Source of the DNA: a virus
Taxonomy: Duplodnaviria > Caudoviricetes
Direction: 5' to 3' (one strand)
Length of the DNA: 64,000 nucleotides
IMG/VR virus record: IMGVR_UViG_3300048995_000010
Location: 1 to 64,000 of that record
Part shown: one piece after another, positions 29,344 to 39,780 of the stretch
How the letters are laid out: the number at the start of each line of letters is the position of its first letter
Numbering within the stretch: position 1 is the first letter of the stretch
The notes under the pieces: generated by a model
The model's database searches: none
Told to the model about the DNA's origin: nothing
What the model saw: only the letters and a program-made list of their open reading frames with translations
Made by a program: the position numbers and the translations under genes

Positions 29344-30095
29344 CTATTTGATGGGTTTTCATTTATGTCGGCCTCGTGTAAAATTACTGTGTTCCCTTCA
29401 GAGTTGTCGTACTCTAATCTGACGATGAAGTATTTATCTTCCATCAGCATCTCATCATACCACATTTTATTATCGGAAAGCTTACCCGCTTTCACAGAGA
29501 AATTCTTGAAGAGATCTTCCAGGAAGTCTCCATCACGGGCAATGACCATATCTCTGAAGTTCTCAAAAGACCAGTATCCTTGTATCTTTGATCTGTTCAC
29601 ATACTGTAGAATGTCCAGTGCATCTGACAACGCAATTCTGCCCGTACATTGCTGGTTATTCCAAACTGTAATATGAGTGAAAGTCTTGAACTCCTGTTCA
29701 TGTGAAAGAGAGTTCAAGTTCTCCGAAATCCAGACTACTGTATTAAGGATCATCTCCTTTTCATCTCTAAAAACAAGATCCATGAAAAATGGGGATACTT
29801 CAGGGTTATAGAATTTACCTGGTGCTCCTTCATTATGTCTGTAGATCCTTTTGTTTTTGATGGAAAACAGTTGTTTTCTCATCCTAAAATAGAAATCTGG
29901 CACATAGTCATGGTAGAAAACCCAGGTATTATCGTCAATAGACCAGGAAAGTGTGAAGCTCTCATCCCTCGCTGCTGGTTCTGTTTGGAAAGCATAGCAG
30001 GTCCCATTGATCTTATATAGAAAGATGCAGCTACCATCATCTTCAGTAGCCGCTCCATTATAATTGACTGCATATGGGTTAGTACATCCTCTCAT
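29340..30095 (-). CDS. C-terminal part of tail muzzle/stabilization protein
   Basis: FTLSWS...WVFYHDYVPDFY...IYRHN...YFIVRLEYDN resembles the muzzle C-terminus; N-terminal GCTNPYAVNYN...DDGSC repeat. Confidence 0.65.
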   Translation of the reverse strand: MRGCTNPYAVNYNGAATEDDGSCIFLYKINGTCYAFQTEPAARDESFTLSWSIDDNTWVFYHDYVPDFYFRMRKQLFSIKNKRIYRHNEGAPGKFYNPEVSPFFMDLVFRDEKEMILNTVVWISENLNSLSHEQEFKTFTHITVWNNQQCTGRIALSDALDILQYVNRSKIQGYWSFENFRDMVIARDGDFLEDLFKNFSVKAGKLSDNKMWYDEMLMEDKYFIVRLEYDNSEGNTVILHEADINENPSNR

Positions 30096-30096
30096 A

Positions 30097-33000
30097 TTAC
30101 TCTCTGTTTATACAGAAGCCGTTGTCATTGGCATACTGTTGTTTATTTGTATTTACATCTGCTATTGCCTGATTATCAGCATCCACTTGAGATTCCAGTG
30201 AAGTATACATTCCCCCTGGTACTGCATACTTGACTACTGATCCTACACCTTCTGTACAATCACTTTTAGTCACACTGGCAGCTTTTGGTATACTGTAATA
30301 TACCGTTTTTGTACCACCGCAGGCTACATGATCCGGTATAGGTGGAAAGTAAGGCACAGGCAATCCCTGATAAGATTGCCCAGGAAGGTTTGGTAGTGTC
30401 GTTAATACCTGCCCCAGTCTCAGGCTATATACTTGAGTAGCTGACCAAATACGTGTAGTCGAAGGTAACCTCTCTACCAGAACGCAAGTTGGGGTAGGTA
30501 TAGCTGTTCCATCCAGAGCGTATCCAATTGGACATGAATAACCCCCTGAGATTCCACTACTAAAAGTGCCCCCTCTGGTAGACCTGGTTGTAAATAACAG
30601 ATCAAGGTCATTGTAGTAGTTTTGATCGAGAGGAAATCCATCTGGATCTGAGACGTAAGCAGATTTAAGTGTAGCATTCTGGAGTTCAGTTACTGTGTTT
30701 TTGTAGATCTCGGCTCCAAAGCCTGCAGCACTCCCAAAGTTGATTCCTTCCAGACCAATGTAATGACTACCCGCTTGTATTCTGAATGGATATACATGCC
30801 AGAATTTAAATGCTAAGGCTATTCCCTGTCCTGCAAATAGGGGAAGTTGTGCTTCCAGGCTATCTCCTATTTCAACTGGATCCTGATCTACCAGAGTTAC
30901 TCCATCTATAGCAATGCGGCATTTATTATCTCCAGCTATGGCAATAAATACATCGGTAGTCTCTGTAAAAACAACAGGAATAGAAAACCCGATTTGCTCG
31001 TTATCTGGTACTGGGGAACTACTCCATACACCGCTTCTGTTCAGGGGACCAAGCTCCAGGCTATTTGTGAAATTTCTCCAGATATCCTGTTGTAACCAGT
31101 TCTGGATAGTTCCTACTCCATGACCATTGTAACCTGGTTGATATACAATAGCACCAAAGTTTGAGTATGCTCCATTCTTTGCAGGAGCAACTCCAAAGGG
31201 ATCACCACTAGTTGGGGGTGTCGCTGCTATCACTGTCAATTTCTCACAGTACAGTCCGTCATCTGTCTGGTCATAACCTTCCGGACATCCCCCAGAACAG
31301 GAAGAAGAAGATGGTCTGAAATCCAGTGTCTCCGGATCTGATAGTACATTGATAGTAAGTGTACCCTCATCCGAGTTCTGATTAGGATCTTTTACTCTCA
31401 CTGTTAGTGTGTACTGAGGTGTAGTTCCTGGATTCAGATAACTATTATTTACCAGCTTCACTTCTCCAGTAACAGTATCAAGGGTGAAGACTCCGGGAGT
31501 AGAAGCATTTACAATTTCAAAAACAAGATCAGTAGCTCCTTCTGGGTCTTCAGTGATGAACTGGTATACTATAGTGCCAGTCGGTGTGGTATCATAGATA
31601 GTGATAGTATCATCATTCAATGGTGGGGGTTCATCTATGTTGGTGATATTAATAGTGACAGGCGCTTGTGCGCTACTGACCCCATTTGATACATTCACTT
31701 GTAACAGATATAAAGGTGTAAGTTCAAAGTTCAGTGTTGAGTTATCTGCTACCGTGATTTGCCCTGTCACACTACTAATAGTGAATACACCAGCATCATT
31801 ACCCTCTATTATACTGTAGCTCAAAGATCCCTGACCTTGCGCCGGCACAGATCCTACTATAGTACTATTGGGACTGTTCTCTGGAATAGTAAACTGTTGT
31901 GGCCCGGTAGTGGGGGGTTCCTGTACATTGGTGATATTGATTGTGATAGTGAATGTATCAGACAGGGTGTTGGTACTTATTGCTTTTGCTTGTATCACCA
32001 ATTGATGTCTGATTTCATAGTCTATACCAGCCTGATTTGATATCTTGATCTTTCCAGTAGCTGCCTCTATGGAGATTGCATTATCCAGATTACCAGAAAT
32101 GGCATAATAACTGAGCTGTATACCAGAGATTGGAACAATAGTATGTATGACTGTACCAACTGAAGTATTTTCTGGGATGGTTAGTATGATATCTCCCACA
32201 ATTACCGGTACCAGCTCTGTACATTGATAGTCTGCAGATACCCCCAAAAATCTCATCAATCTATTACTATCTGTTACCAGACTCTCACCAGGCGTTAGAG
32301 AATCGATGAAACTCTGTGTTTTCTCCAAAGGTTTTACTCCTGCAGGTAGTATCAGATTTTTGCAGGTAAGTATAATTCGTTTGAATTCCTGGTCATATCC
32401 AATAGTGATCCCATTACCAATAAAAGGGTTATTCTCCTTCACAGTCAAGTGATCCCTTAGGAATATATCTATCCCCTCTGTCATCAACTTGAGTTGGTTT
32501 TTGAAAAGGTAGATCTCTCCATGTGTCACATCTGTAAAGATGTAACCTGCAGGAGTTCTATAGCAAGCCAGATTGTGTTGAGTGCCGGCATACCCAAGTT
32601 TGTCGGAGTAGGGTTCCTGTGGTTCAAAGTCAAATATATCCCCATTACCTATTACTACTGCCAGAGAACCCTGTTCCAGGTTGAGTTTTGGATGGGTGTA
32701 GAATAGTGCATTTGTACAATGAATCAATAAGCGGTCATCCATTCCCTCAATATGCTCGATTACTCCCATGTTTTTCTGGAGTTCATAGTAATCCAGAGGA
32801 AGGAAACTTCTCCAGGACCGGATCTTCAATTGTCTGTTCAATTTACCTGAGCGGTGTATACGAAAAGGGAATACCCTGAGGTCTTCTGCCAGAGGGTCAA
32901 ACATGGTAACTGCAATGATATCATTGAGAGCATTGGAATCCTTGGTGTAGCCAAACTGGTTAGGCTCTATTCTTCGGTCAAACAGGTTCAAGTATTGATT

Positions 33001-35418
33001 AGCATCGTCTTTTTCCAGAGGAGAGTTGGGATACCACTTGGAATAGATATTACCTACAATCTCAAATCTGTTATATATATTGGAAGCACTTTCACAGAGT
33101 ATCCTTCTTGCTGTTTTTATACCCATGAATGGATCTCGGGTAGGATCTTCAGAGTAGGTACTATTCTGGTAATCATGCCAGCCATACGTATTGAAGCTAT
33201 AATCACAAATGAAAACATCCCCACCGAACATAGGAGTATTACCGGTTTGTCTTGGGGCTACCCTGACTACCGATTGAGCATTGAAAGGAAGGTAGATGTC
33301 TGAGGGTAAATTCATCAGGTTAGATAGATAGCAGGTCTCAAATTGAGCTGCTTCATTTGGCTTCTCAGCATTCGGGCCAGTCCATAGATTGCTATAAGCA
33401 ATATCACTACCATCAAGCATCTCCGGTCCCAGTAGTTTGCCGGCATAAACCTTTTCAGCCATTACATTGTACCATTTGCCACTTACCAGATTGTTAGGGA
33501 CATACTGGGGAAGATCACCAGCTGTATCAGCAATTCTTCTGATTACAGTTCCAGCTTCTGGTGCAATTGGTGGAGATCCATCCTTGACATAATCTATCAG
33601 GTAGGAGATTGGTCCATTACGTTTTCCACCAGTAATGGTAAAGTCCTCAATCATAGGCATATTGGAACGATGTAGTAGGAGTTCCTGAGCAACAAACTTT
33701 GGTGCTATGGCTGGTTGATTGAACAGTAAGTCAAAGGCGTGAAAACGAAAGAGTTTAAGATCAATAACCAATGGCTTCTCTCTTGTACCTCCATCCCAAT
33801 CTACTTGTGCATGCCAGTTTCCACCAGTAGTTTTATAGTCTGTATCCGGTCCGGTAATCACCCGGGTACCTGAGCCAGTTCCATGTCTTGCTGCATACAG
33901 TAAAGCAGACTGCGCTACTACAGTAGAGTTACTAATTGACCTCTTTGCGTAGTAGATTTCATATCCCCCATCGAGTCTATTCTGAAATTGAGCAGGTATG
34001 ATGATATTGGATACCTGTATTCCTAGTAAATCCAGTTGAGATTTCCCATAGTTACTGTTGTTAGCATATAAGTTCTGCTTACACCAACGGATAGAAGGCA
34101 TCCGGTGGTGTTGTACTACTCTATTGCGTAAATTTATTCCCCCTATAGTTGATGCATCATAGTCATCTGTATCCGGATATGTTTCATTGGCATTGACCCA
34201 TACTCCACAGATTCCTGTTTTTGCGCTTGCATTAAAGGTCCTGATGGTATCAGAAGTCTGGTATACTGTTGCCGGTAATCCACCCCCATAGAGAGCTTCA
34301 GATTCCTGGTCAAAATCTGATGTAAGAGGCTCAGGTCCTGGAATTGTAAATAGTGGAGTCCATCCTGATCCCCCTGCCTTGGATAACCTGATATAGAAAG
34401 CATATACTTCTCTGTGCATGAAACTCTTCTTCTTTCCAGAAACATGGTCTTCGTTTCTAGGTAACACACTGATCAACTCACTCACGAATTCCAGTTTTGC
34501 CAACAGCATGTACTTCTGTAACAAGATCTCTTCTTCTCTCTCCAGGTTTCCCAGATAAAGAGCATCGTTCAACTGCCCGATGGTCTTTACCTTACTGTAT
34601 TCTGCCGGTTGCACCAGTAATTCTTCCAGAGTAGCAGTTGTAGTAAGGTTGGCACCTGTATAAATGATAGATACTCTGTTCCCAGTTCCTATTCTGACTG
34701 GCTCTAATGTAACTGCAGAGGTTACTCCGTTTATCTTGCTGATGATGGCTACCTGCAGAAAATTGTAGTTAGGATCCAGGTTAGTGAATACTGCCTGGAT
34801 GCTCTTTCCTGAATTAGTATTTGTAGCACCAGGTATAATCAGGGCATCTGAAGTTACTAAATACTGAGTCTCTGTACCATCATTCTTAATACACTTGCCC
34901 AGGATATAATAACCCCCCGGTGCAAGAGTACCACCATCAATGATATTAGTAGTCAGATCCGGAGTAGAAGCTCTGGGAAATAATCTCCAATCATCCAGAG
35001 CATTAATCACTGGTACATCACAATTCAAAAACTTAGGAAAGGTGTTAAAGTCAGTGAAGACAATAATAATCTCTCCTTTATAGTTTCTCTGTGATTGTCC
35101 ATTAACCGGGAAGTTGGTACTGAGTCCTAATTTATAGGTATAGGTGGCATCATTTGCTATGGGGGTATACCTGTCGTTATCGGCATCATAATACCCTACT
35201 GCAGTATTGGTGTTATCAGTAGATATTATGACAGGGAATTTATCAGTCTCTATTACACCGATTGGCGTGTATGGAATAATTGCTGCTGAGAGGATAAATC
35301 CCGGCTCATTTCTTGGAACACCATCCAGTATAATCCCATTCTTGGAGAAAGGTACCGTACTCTCAGGTTGTTCATGAGGTCGGGTATTAGATGAGAGTCC
35401 TTTGTTGAATTTCTTCAT
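30097..35418 (-). CDS. tail muzzle/stabilization protein (N-terminal part) with three cadherin-like repeats and a DUF5977-like C-terminus
   Basis: FNKGL start, LYLGNL, SFMHREVYAFYI, FGGDVFI; cadherin motifs IPEN..VGT, IDYE, NIDEPP; YTSLESQVDADNQA..ANDNGFC. Confidence 0.78.
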   Translation of the reverse strand: MKKFNKGLSSNTRPHEQPESTVPFSKNGIILDGVPRNEPGFILSAAIIPYTPIGVIETDKFPVIISTDNTNTAVGYYDADNDRYTPIANDATYTYKLGLSTNFPVNGQSQRNYKGEIIIVFTDFNTFPKFLNCDVPVINALDDWRLFPRASTPDLTTNIIDGGTLAPGGYYILGKCIKNDGTETQYLVTSDALIIPGATNTNSGKSIQAVFTNLDPNYNFLQVAIISKINGVTSAVTLEPVRIGTGNRVSIIYTGANLTTTATLEELLVQPAEYSKVKTIGQLNDALYLGNLEREEEILLQKYMLLAKLEFVSELISVLPRNEDHVSGKKKSFMHREVYAFYIRLSKAGGSGWTPLFTIPGPEPLTSDFDQESEALYGGGLPATVYQTSDTIRTFNASAKTGICGVWVNANETYPDTDDYDASTIGGINLRNRVVQHHRMPSIRWCKQNLYANNSNYGKSQLDLLGIQVSNIIIPAQFQNRLDGGYEIYYAKRSISNSTVVAQSALLYAARHGTGSGTRVITGPDTDYKTTGGNWHAQVDWDGGTREKPLVIDLKLFRFHAFDLLFNQPAIAPKFVAQELLLHRSNMPMIEDFTITGGKRNGPISYLIDYVKDGSPPIAPEAGTVIRRIADTAGDLPQYVPNNLVSGKWYNVMAEKVYAGKLLGPEMLDGSDIAYSNLWTGPNAEKPNEAAQFETCYLSNLMNLPSDIYLPFNAQSVVRVAPRQTGNTPMFGGDVFICDYSFNTYGWHDYQNSTYSEDPTRDPFMGIKTARRILCESASNIYNRFEIVGNIYSKWYPNSPLEKDDANQYLNLFDRRIEPNQFGYTKDSNALNDIIAVTMFDPLAEDLRVFPFRIHRSGKLNRQLKIRSWRSFLPLDYYELQKNMGVIEHIEGMDDRLLIHCTNALFYTHPKLNLEQGSLAVVIGNGDIFDFEPQEPYSDKLGYAGTQHNLACYRTPAGYIFTDVTHGEIYLFKNQLKLMTEGIDIFLRDHLTVKENNPFIGNGITIGYDQEFKRIILTCKNLILPAGVKPLEKTQSFIDSLTPGESLVTDSNRLMRFLGVSADYQCTELVPVIVGDIILTIPENTSVGTVIHTIVPISGIQLSYYAISGNLDNAISIEAATGKIKISNQAGIDYEIRHQLVIQAKAISTNTLSDTFTITINITNVQEPPTTGPQQFTIPENSPNSTIVGSVPAQGQGSLSYSIIEGNDAGVFTISSVTGQITVADNSTLNFELTPLYLLQVNVSNGVSSAQAPVTINITNIDEPPPLNDDTITIYDTTPTGTIVYQFITEDPEGATDLVFEIVNASTPGVFTLDTVTGEVKLVNNSYLNPGTTPQYTLTVRVKDPNQNSDEGTLTINVLSDPETLDFRPSSSSCSGGCPEGYDQTDDGLYCEKLTVIAATPPTSGDPFGVAPAKNGAYSNFGAIVYQPGYNGHGVGTIQNWLQQDIWRNFTNSLELGPLNRSGVWSSSPVPDNEQIGFSIPVVFTETTDVFIAIAGDNKCRIAIDGVTLVDQDPVEIGDSLEAQLPLFAGQGIALAFKFWHVYPFRIQAGSHYIGLEGINFGSAAGFGAEIYKNTVTELQNATLKSAYVSDPDGFPLDQNYYNDLDLLFTTRSTRGGTFSSGISGGYSCPIGYALDGTAIPTPTCVLVERLPSTTRIWSATQVYSLRLGQVLTTLPNLPGQSYQGLPVPYFPPIPDHVACGGTKTVYYSIPKAASVTKSDCTEGVGSVVKYAVPGGMYTSLESQVDADNQAIADVNTNKQQYANDNGFCINRE

Positions 35419-35427
35419 GGGTATAAA

Positions 35428-36192
35428 TTAAATTCTACCGGTGAACATGGAATAGTAGTAGTTGTCATTTGGGAGAAGCTGTATGAGTTGTTGTGTAGTG
35501 GCTTCTATCTTCTCTACAGATGGCATGGTGATACTCTCTGCAGCTCTTCCGGCAAACCTTTCGAACATCTGATCCATCTGGGCTCCAGTATATCCATGGG
35601 TGGGATATCCTCTTCCATCCAGACGAGCTAGCAAGAACCAGGTGATAGCTTCCTTATAGGGGCCATTATTGGGGATCATCAAAAATCCATCCCTGTCTAC
35701 TGGTACTTTTCCAAAGAACACAGTTACTGAGCCCTCTGAAAAAGAAGTCAAAATGTAAGGTCCTTCCTCTTTATACCATTCACCACAATGCCAATCCATC
35801 TGAGTTACCTTCTGAAACTCACTGGTATAAAGGAAATTCCCGGAAGGGGTATTCTCTTTGGTAGTAGAGGATACAAAAACAGCATCAAATACATCATGAG
35901 AAACAGAGGGGATCCAGGGTACTCTGGGATCTCTTACCGTATTGTTTTGTCCCAACCGGTAACCACAGTACTCTATAGCGTAGACCTCTGCACATCCACA
36001 AGGTTTTTTGGCTTTATGGAATCGAGAGTCTATAGTTTCGAATGTATGTTCCAGTGTAAGTGTCATCTGCATGAGCTCCATGGCTTCTGCAGTCCACTCA
36101 TTGAGATCAGGGATTAAGCTGGTATCCTTTAATCCGTTACGACGTAATGCACGTCCTATAACCTGTCCCATACTAGTCCAAGAGGAGCTCAT
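35428..36192 (-). CDS. tail ring/tubular protein
   Basis: Start MSSSWTS at 36192; PVDRDGFLMIP..YKEAITW motif; synteny. Confidence 0.65.
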   Translation of the reverse strand: MSSSWTSMGQVIGRALRRNGLKDTSLIPDLNEWTAEAMELMQMTLTLEHTFETIDSRFHKAKKPCGCAEVYAIEYCGYRLGQNNTVRDPRVPWIPSVSHDVFDAVFVSSTTKENTPSGNFLYTSEFQKVTQMDWHCGEWYKEEGPYILTSFSEGSVTVFFGKVPVDRDGFLMIPNNGPYKEAITWFLLARLDGRGYPTHGYTGAQMDQMFERFAGRAAESITMPSVEKIEATTQQLIQLLPNDNYYYSMFTGRI

Positions 36193-36760
36193 GTGTGAAT
36201 TGTTTATAACGTGTTTCCAATAGTGGATCTGCTCTAAGTGCAGCTTTGAATTCCTGTTTGAACCCCCCGCGACTATTAGTACCCTGAGAAGGAATGAACT
36301 TATATATCCTCTCATTGGGGAGTTGTCTGGCTTTCTCCCAGGCTATCCTGGAGTAGGTATCAGAGTTAAAGTATATGACCCTTTCTCTCTTCATCTTTCC
36401 GGTGACCGGGTCTTCTATAAGCGGTTGCTTCTTTGTCTCATGGAAGTTTACCTGTTTGTTTTTGAAATTCCTGGCAACTGTTCTGGCTCTTAAGGATCCT
36501 AGTCTGTGTCCCAGCTTGAGTGTCTCCCCCTGTATCACATGTCTTCTGGCTAGTAGATAATACATCTTTACAATCTTTGCCCACCTGTCCAGACTGATCA
36601 CCTCTATTACTGTTTTGTTTTTGCCTAACCTACAGATAGAACCCATCTTGTGCTTTTTCCTTCGATCATACTTTGCCCAGTAGCCTTCATACTGCAAGAG
36701 TTTTCTAGCATAACTTTCGTAGACATCTTTTGAATTGTGTGTAGCTGTTGATTTATTCAT
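36173..36760 (-). CDS. HU/IHF-like DNA-binding protein of the structural module
   Basis: Basic; IQGETLKLGHRLGSL, VNFHETKK, YKFIPS; conserved position in crAss-like phages. Confidence 0.6.
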   Translation of the reverse strand: MNKSTATHNSKDVYESYARKLLQYEGYWAKYDRRKKHKMGSICRLGKNKTVIEVISLDRWAKIVKMYYLLARRHVIQGETLKLGHRLGSLRARTVARNFKNKQVNFHETKKQPLIEDPVTGKMKRERVIYFNSDTYSRIAWEKARQLPNERIYKFIPSQGTNSRGGFKQEFKAALRADPLLETRYKQFTHELLLD

Positions 36761-36768
36761 AGTAATTG

Positions 36769-37401
36769 TTATTCATCCTGATCCTGATGGGTTGGCAAAG
36801 TCTCTTTTGGTTGGCCAAGTTCTTGCCATAGAGATGTTTTTACCATCTGAGCAATATCTCCGGTGATTGGATATTCTGCATTCCACCAATCACATCCTGT
36901 CTGTGTGTTTTTGCACTGCCACTCCATTACCTTTTCAGGTTCATCAAAAATTCCAGCACCAGTCACAGATCCTATCCTCTCACCAGGGATGATCAGTACG
37001 TTATTGTCCAGACGGTAGTTGATAAACAAGTGAGCTGTCATACCCTCCTTGATCCAAGGTTCAGTACCAATATCTGTATGACGATAAGGAGAGCTGGCAT
37101 CGCCAGCCCCCAGGTATTCAAAAGGAGTATCTCCTATTCTGAGAAGTTTTGGGAGAGGTTGAGAGTAGGATCCTTGACACTGGAAACTCCCACAGGAGTA
37201 GTCACCGTAGCTTAGTGGGATATAGATCTTCTGCAGGAACTGACTCTTCTCGTTAGGATGCTTCTCCAGGGAGTTCCTGATGAGCCGGGAACGCCATTGA
37301 TTGATCTGAGGTACCAAACCCTGTCGGTACTGCATGTCTAGTTCCTTACCGAATCGCTGGGCTATCTCTGTGGTGAATTCATTGAGTGTCATAAGGTACA
37401 A
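36769..37401 (-). CDS. tail ring protein
   Basis: MTLNE start region, GIFDEPE, EYPITGD; synteny. Confidence 0.6.
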   Translation of the reverse strand: MYLMTLNEFTTEIAQRFGKELDMQYRQGLVPQINQWRSRLIRNSLEKHPNEKSQFLQKIYIPLSYGDYSCGSFQCQGSYSQPLPKLLRIGDTPFEYLGAGDASSPYRHTDIGTEPWIKEGMTAHLFINYRLDNNVLIIPGERIGSVTGAGIFDEPEKVMEWQCKNTQTGCDWWNAEYPITGDIAQMVKTSLWQELGQPKETLPTHQDQDE

Positions 37402-37414
37402 TTCTACTGTAAAT

Positions 37415-37447
37415 TAAGAAAGGAGTAGGATTTCTCCCACTCCTTTC
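37415..37447 (-). terminator. intrinsic terminator
   Basis: GAAAGGAGTGGGA/TCCTACTCCTTTC stem then TT. Confidence 0.65.
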
Positions 37448-37470
37448 GGTTGAATGACTGATATGATCTA

Positions 37471-38715
37471 TTAAAGCCCGAGAATAGTGTCAATTGATGA
37501 ACTTGGGTTAGTACCATTTGAAGGTACTGCAACGCTGAAAAACGTTGTACCTGGTGTCCAGGTATTATGTGGTGTACGAGAGGCTTCTACCGGTATTTTT
37601 GTCCATTGATACATGTTGTAGGTATTAGCTGCCAGTACAAGAGAAGCTGGTTTACCGAATTCCTCTGGAGTAGCATGATTCTCTGGATAGTTGGTAGTTA
37701 CACCTGCAAATATATCGCCGGCCTGTTCCAGCATTTGAACTTGTTGATAGTAACCAGAACCAATCTTAGCCTTGATAGCATCTACTACTGTAGCAATCTC
37801 TCCTAATTTCTCACGAATTAGGACTTTGAAGAAAGTACCATAATTCTTTGCTTTGAGATTGAGTTTGTCATCACTGGTTGCTGTAGCATCTACAATCAGA
37901 TCTCTATCCCGGTTAGCGAAGGAAGTAGTACTATTTACGAGTGCGGCCAGTGCTGCATTAACTGTAATGAGTGTATCACCCGCTTTTGCCACGTATTCAT
38001 ACATGCAAGTTGGAAAGGGTTGAGCTCCTGTAGTCAGGTCTATGATCTCCAGTTGATAAATATTACCAACTGCAGGAGCTGTACCTTCTGCACCACCTGC
38101 CAAGCTTGCTACTGAAGCAGCAGCCTGTACAGTTGACATGGTACCAGTACCATCTACAGTTACCAGAGCCATGGCTGCAGCAGAAGCTCTGAGAGCAGCC
38201 AGTACCTGAGCACCGGTTGAGGTAGGAGCTGAAGCACCATCTGTAGCCAGGTTCACTGTGATTGCAAGACTTGATACACCAATCGACAGGGCTACGTTGT
38301 TACTGGCTGAGTCAACTACAGTTATAGTGATTGAGTTACCAGCTGTACCACCTGTACGGGCAGTATATACGATGTTACCGACTGTCAGAGTAGCACGGGT
38401 ACCATAGGCTATATCACTTTCAGCTTTCACAGGAGCTGAATAAGCTGTTTTTGTTTTAGTTACCTCACCCCCCAGAGAAGGAGTAGTCTTCATTATACGG
38501 CCATCGCGTTTAAGAGCCGCAAAAAATTTGGTAGTTGAGCCAATAGCTCCAGTGATAACAGCACCAGTAGCTGCATTGAAAAAACCAATCTCACCTTCAA
38601 CTGCCTCTGTAAGGAAGCCTTCATAGGTGGTAGAGTCTGTGTAAGCTACTGCAGATCCTACCAGGACCTGTATTCTTTTTTGTCCAAGGGTTTTCCAGAA
38701 ATCATTACCGAACAT
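37471..38715 (-). CDS. auxiliary capsid protein (crAss gene-73-like) with inserted beta domain
   Basis: Third gene after MCP; A/T/G-rich; GSGYYQQVQMLE motif. Confidence 0.6.
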   Translation of the reverse strand: MFGNDFWKTLGQKRIQVLVGSAVAYTDSTTYEGFLTEAVEGEIGFFNAATGAVITGAIGSTTKFFAALKRDGRIMKTTPSLGGEVTKTKTAYSAPVKAESDIAYGTRATLTVGNIVYTARTGGTAGNSITITVVDSASNNVALSIGVSSLAITVNLATDGASAPTSTGAQVLAALRASAAAMALVTVDGTGTMSTVQAAASVASLAGGAEGTAPAVGNIYQLEIIDLTTGAQPFPTCMYEYVAKAGDTLITVNAALAALVNSTTSFANRDRDLIVDATATSDDKLNLKAKNYGTFFKVLIREKLGEIATVVDAIKAKIGSGYYQQVQMLEQAGDIFAGVTTNYPENHATPEEFGKPASLVLAANTYNMYQWTKIPVEASRTPHNTWTPGTTFFSVAVPSNGTNPSSSIDTILGL

Positions 38716-38726
38716 AGAGTGTTAGA

Positions 38727-39776
38727 TTATTGTGAGTTGATCGTGTTTTGTTGAGTTACATCTTTCCAGCTCTCATCCTTAATCAGGTTCAGTATCATCT
38801 CTACAGTTTTATTACACAGCTGTTGATGAATACTGGAAGATAAAGAGCAGTTTGTCCCCAAACTTAATGAGATAGTTGGCGGTTTCCTAATGTAGTTTAT
38901 GAGTGTCTCATATACTATGAAGCTATTATCCACAGTTGTATTGATAATTCCAGCCTTCTGAGAGGTGATGGGAGAGATATAGGAAGTCTTGGAATAGGGT
39001 GTAGTACCTGTACTAAACTCCTTATCATGGGTGATCATGGTGTTTGGAGAAAGTATTGTACTACGACTGCTACTATGAACCTCTTGCGTAAGATCCTCTA
39101 CAATTCCCGGATAGGACTGTCCATCCAGGGTGAGTTCTATTGGGACTTCCTGACTGGCATTTACAAAAACAAAGTGATATGGATACTCCAGGTTGTTGAA
39201 CTTCTCCCAGTATACCTGCAAACCCTTTTTGGAAAGCTCCTCTATAATAAGATCTTTTATGTAGAAGTGAGCATCGCTTGAGGGAAATCCATCCCAGGCT
39301 TTCTGCCGGTTTGTAAGCAGGGTGTTCAGATTGAAAATACTGGAATTATTGTAGGCTATATCTACATTCCCATAGCATTCGATGGATAATGGAGATAGTG
39401 GAAACGGTACTCGTGTTATCTTAAGGATAGTGTGATTCACTGTTTTTGTATCTCCTGTGCATAGTTGAGCTACTCTTGAAGCATCATCGAGTAAATACCA
39501 AAAATCACAGGGAAGGAAAGATACATATTGATCCGTGATCCAGCCAGCTTTCAGAGATTTTCTATTGACGATAAGAGAGGATATCCAATCTTGCTTTTTC
39601 TCTTTGATCTGATATCTCCCTGATCCTTGTATAGGAGTAACTGCTGATTCTACCATCAGCTGCTGCCCCCTGGTCAAAGCCCAATCTAACTGGTTTGGCT
39701 GAAATTTCCTGGATCGGTTGGCAGAGAGTTGCTGTACCTGGTCAATAACATCGAGGTGCATTTCCTTTACAGTCAT
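38727..39776 (-). CDS. head-tail ring protein (crAss gene-74-like)
   Basis: MTVKEMH, LPCDFWYLL, YIRKP, IHQQLCNKTV motifs; synteny. Confidence 0.7.
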   Translation of the reverse strand: MTVKEMHLDVIDQVQQLSANRSRKFQPNQLDWALTRGQQLMVESAVTPIQGSGRYQIKEKKQDWISSLIVNRKSLKAGWITDQYVSFLPCDFWYLLDDASRVAQLCTGDTKTVNHTILKITRVPFPLSPLSIECYGNVDIAYNNSSIFNLNTLLTNRQKAWDGFPSSDAHFYIKDLIIEELSKKGLQVYWEKFNNLEYPYHFVFVNASQEVPIELTLDGQSYPGIVEDLTQEVHSSSRSTILSPNTMITHDKEFSTGTTPYSKTSYISPITSQKAGIINTTVDNSFIVYETLINYIRKPPTISLSLGTNCSLSSSIHQQLCNKTVEMILNLIKDESWKDVTQQNTINSQ

Positions 39777-39780
39777 AGCG

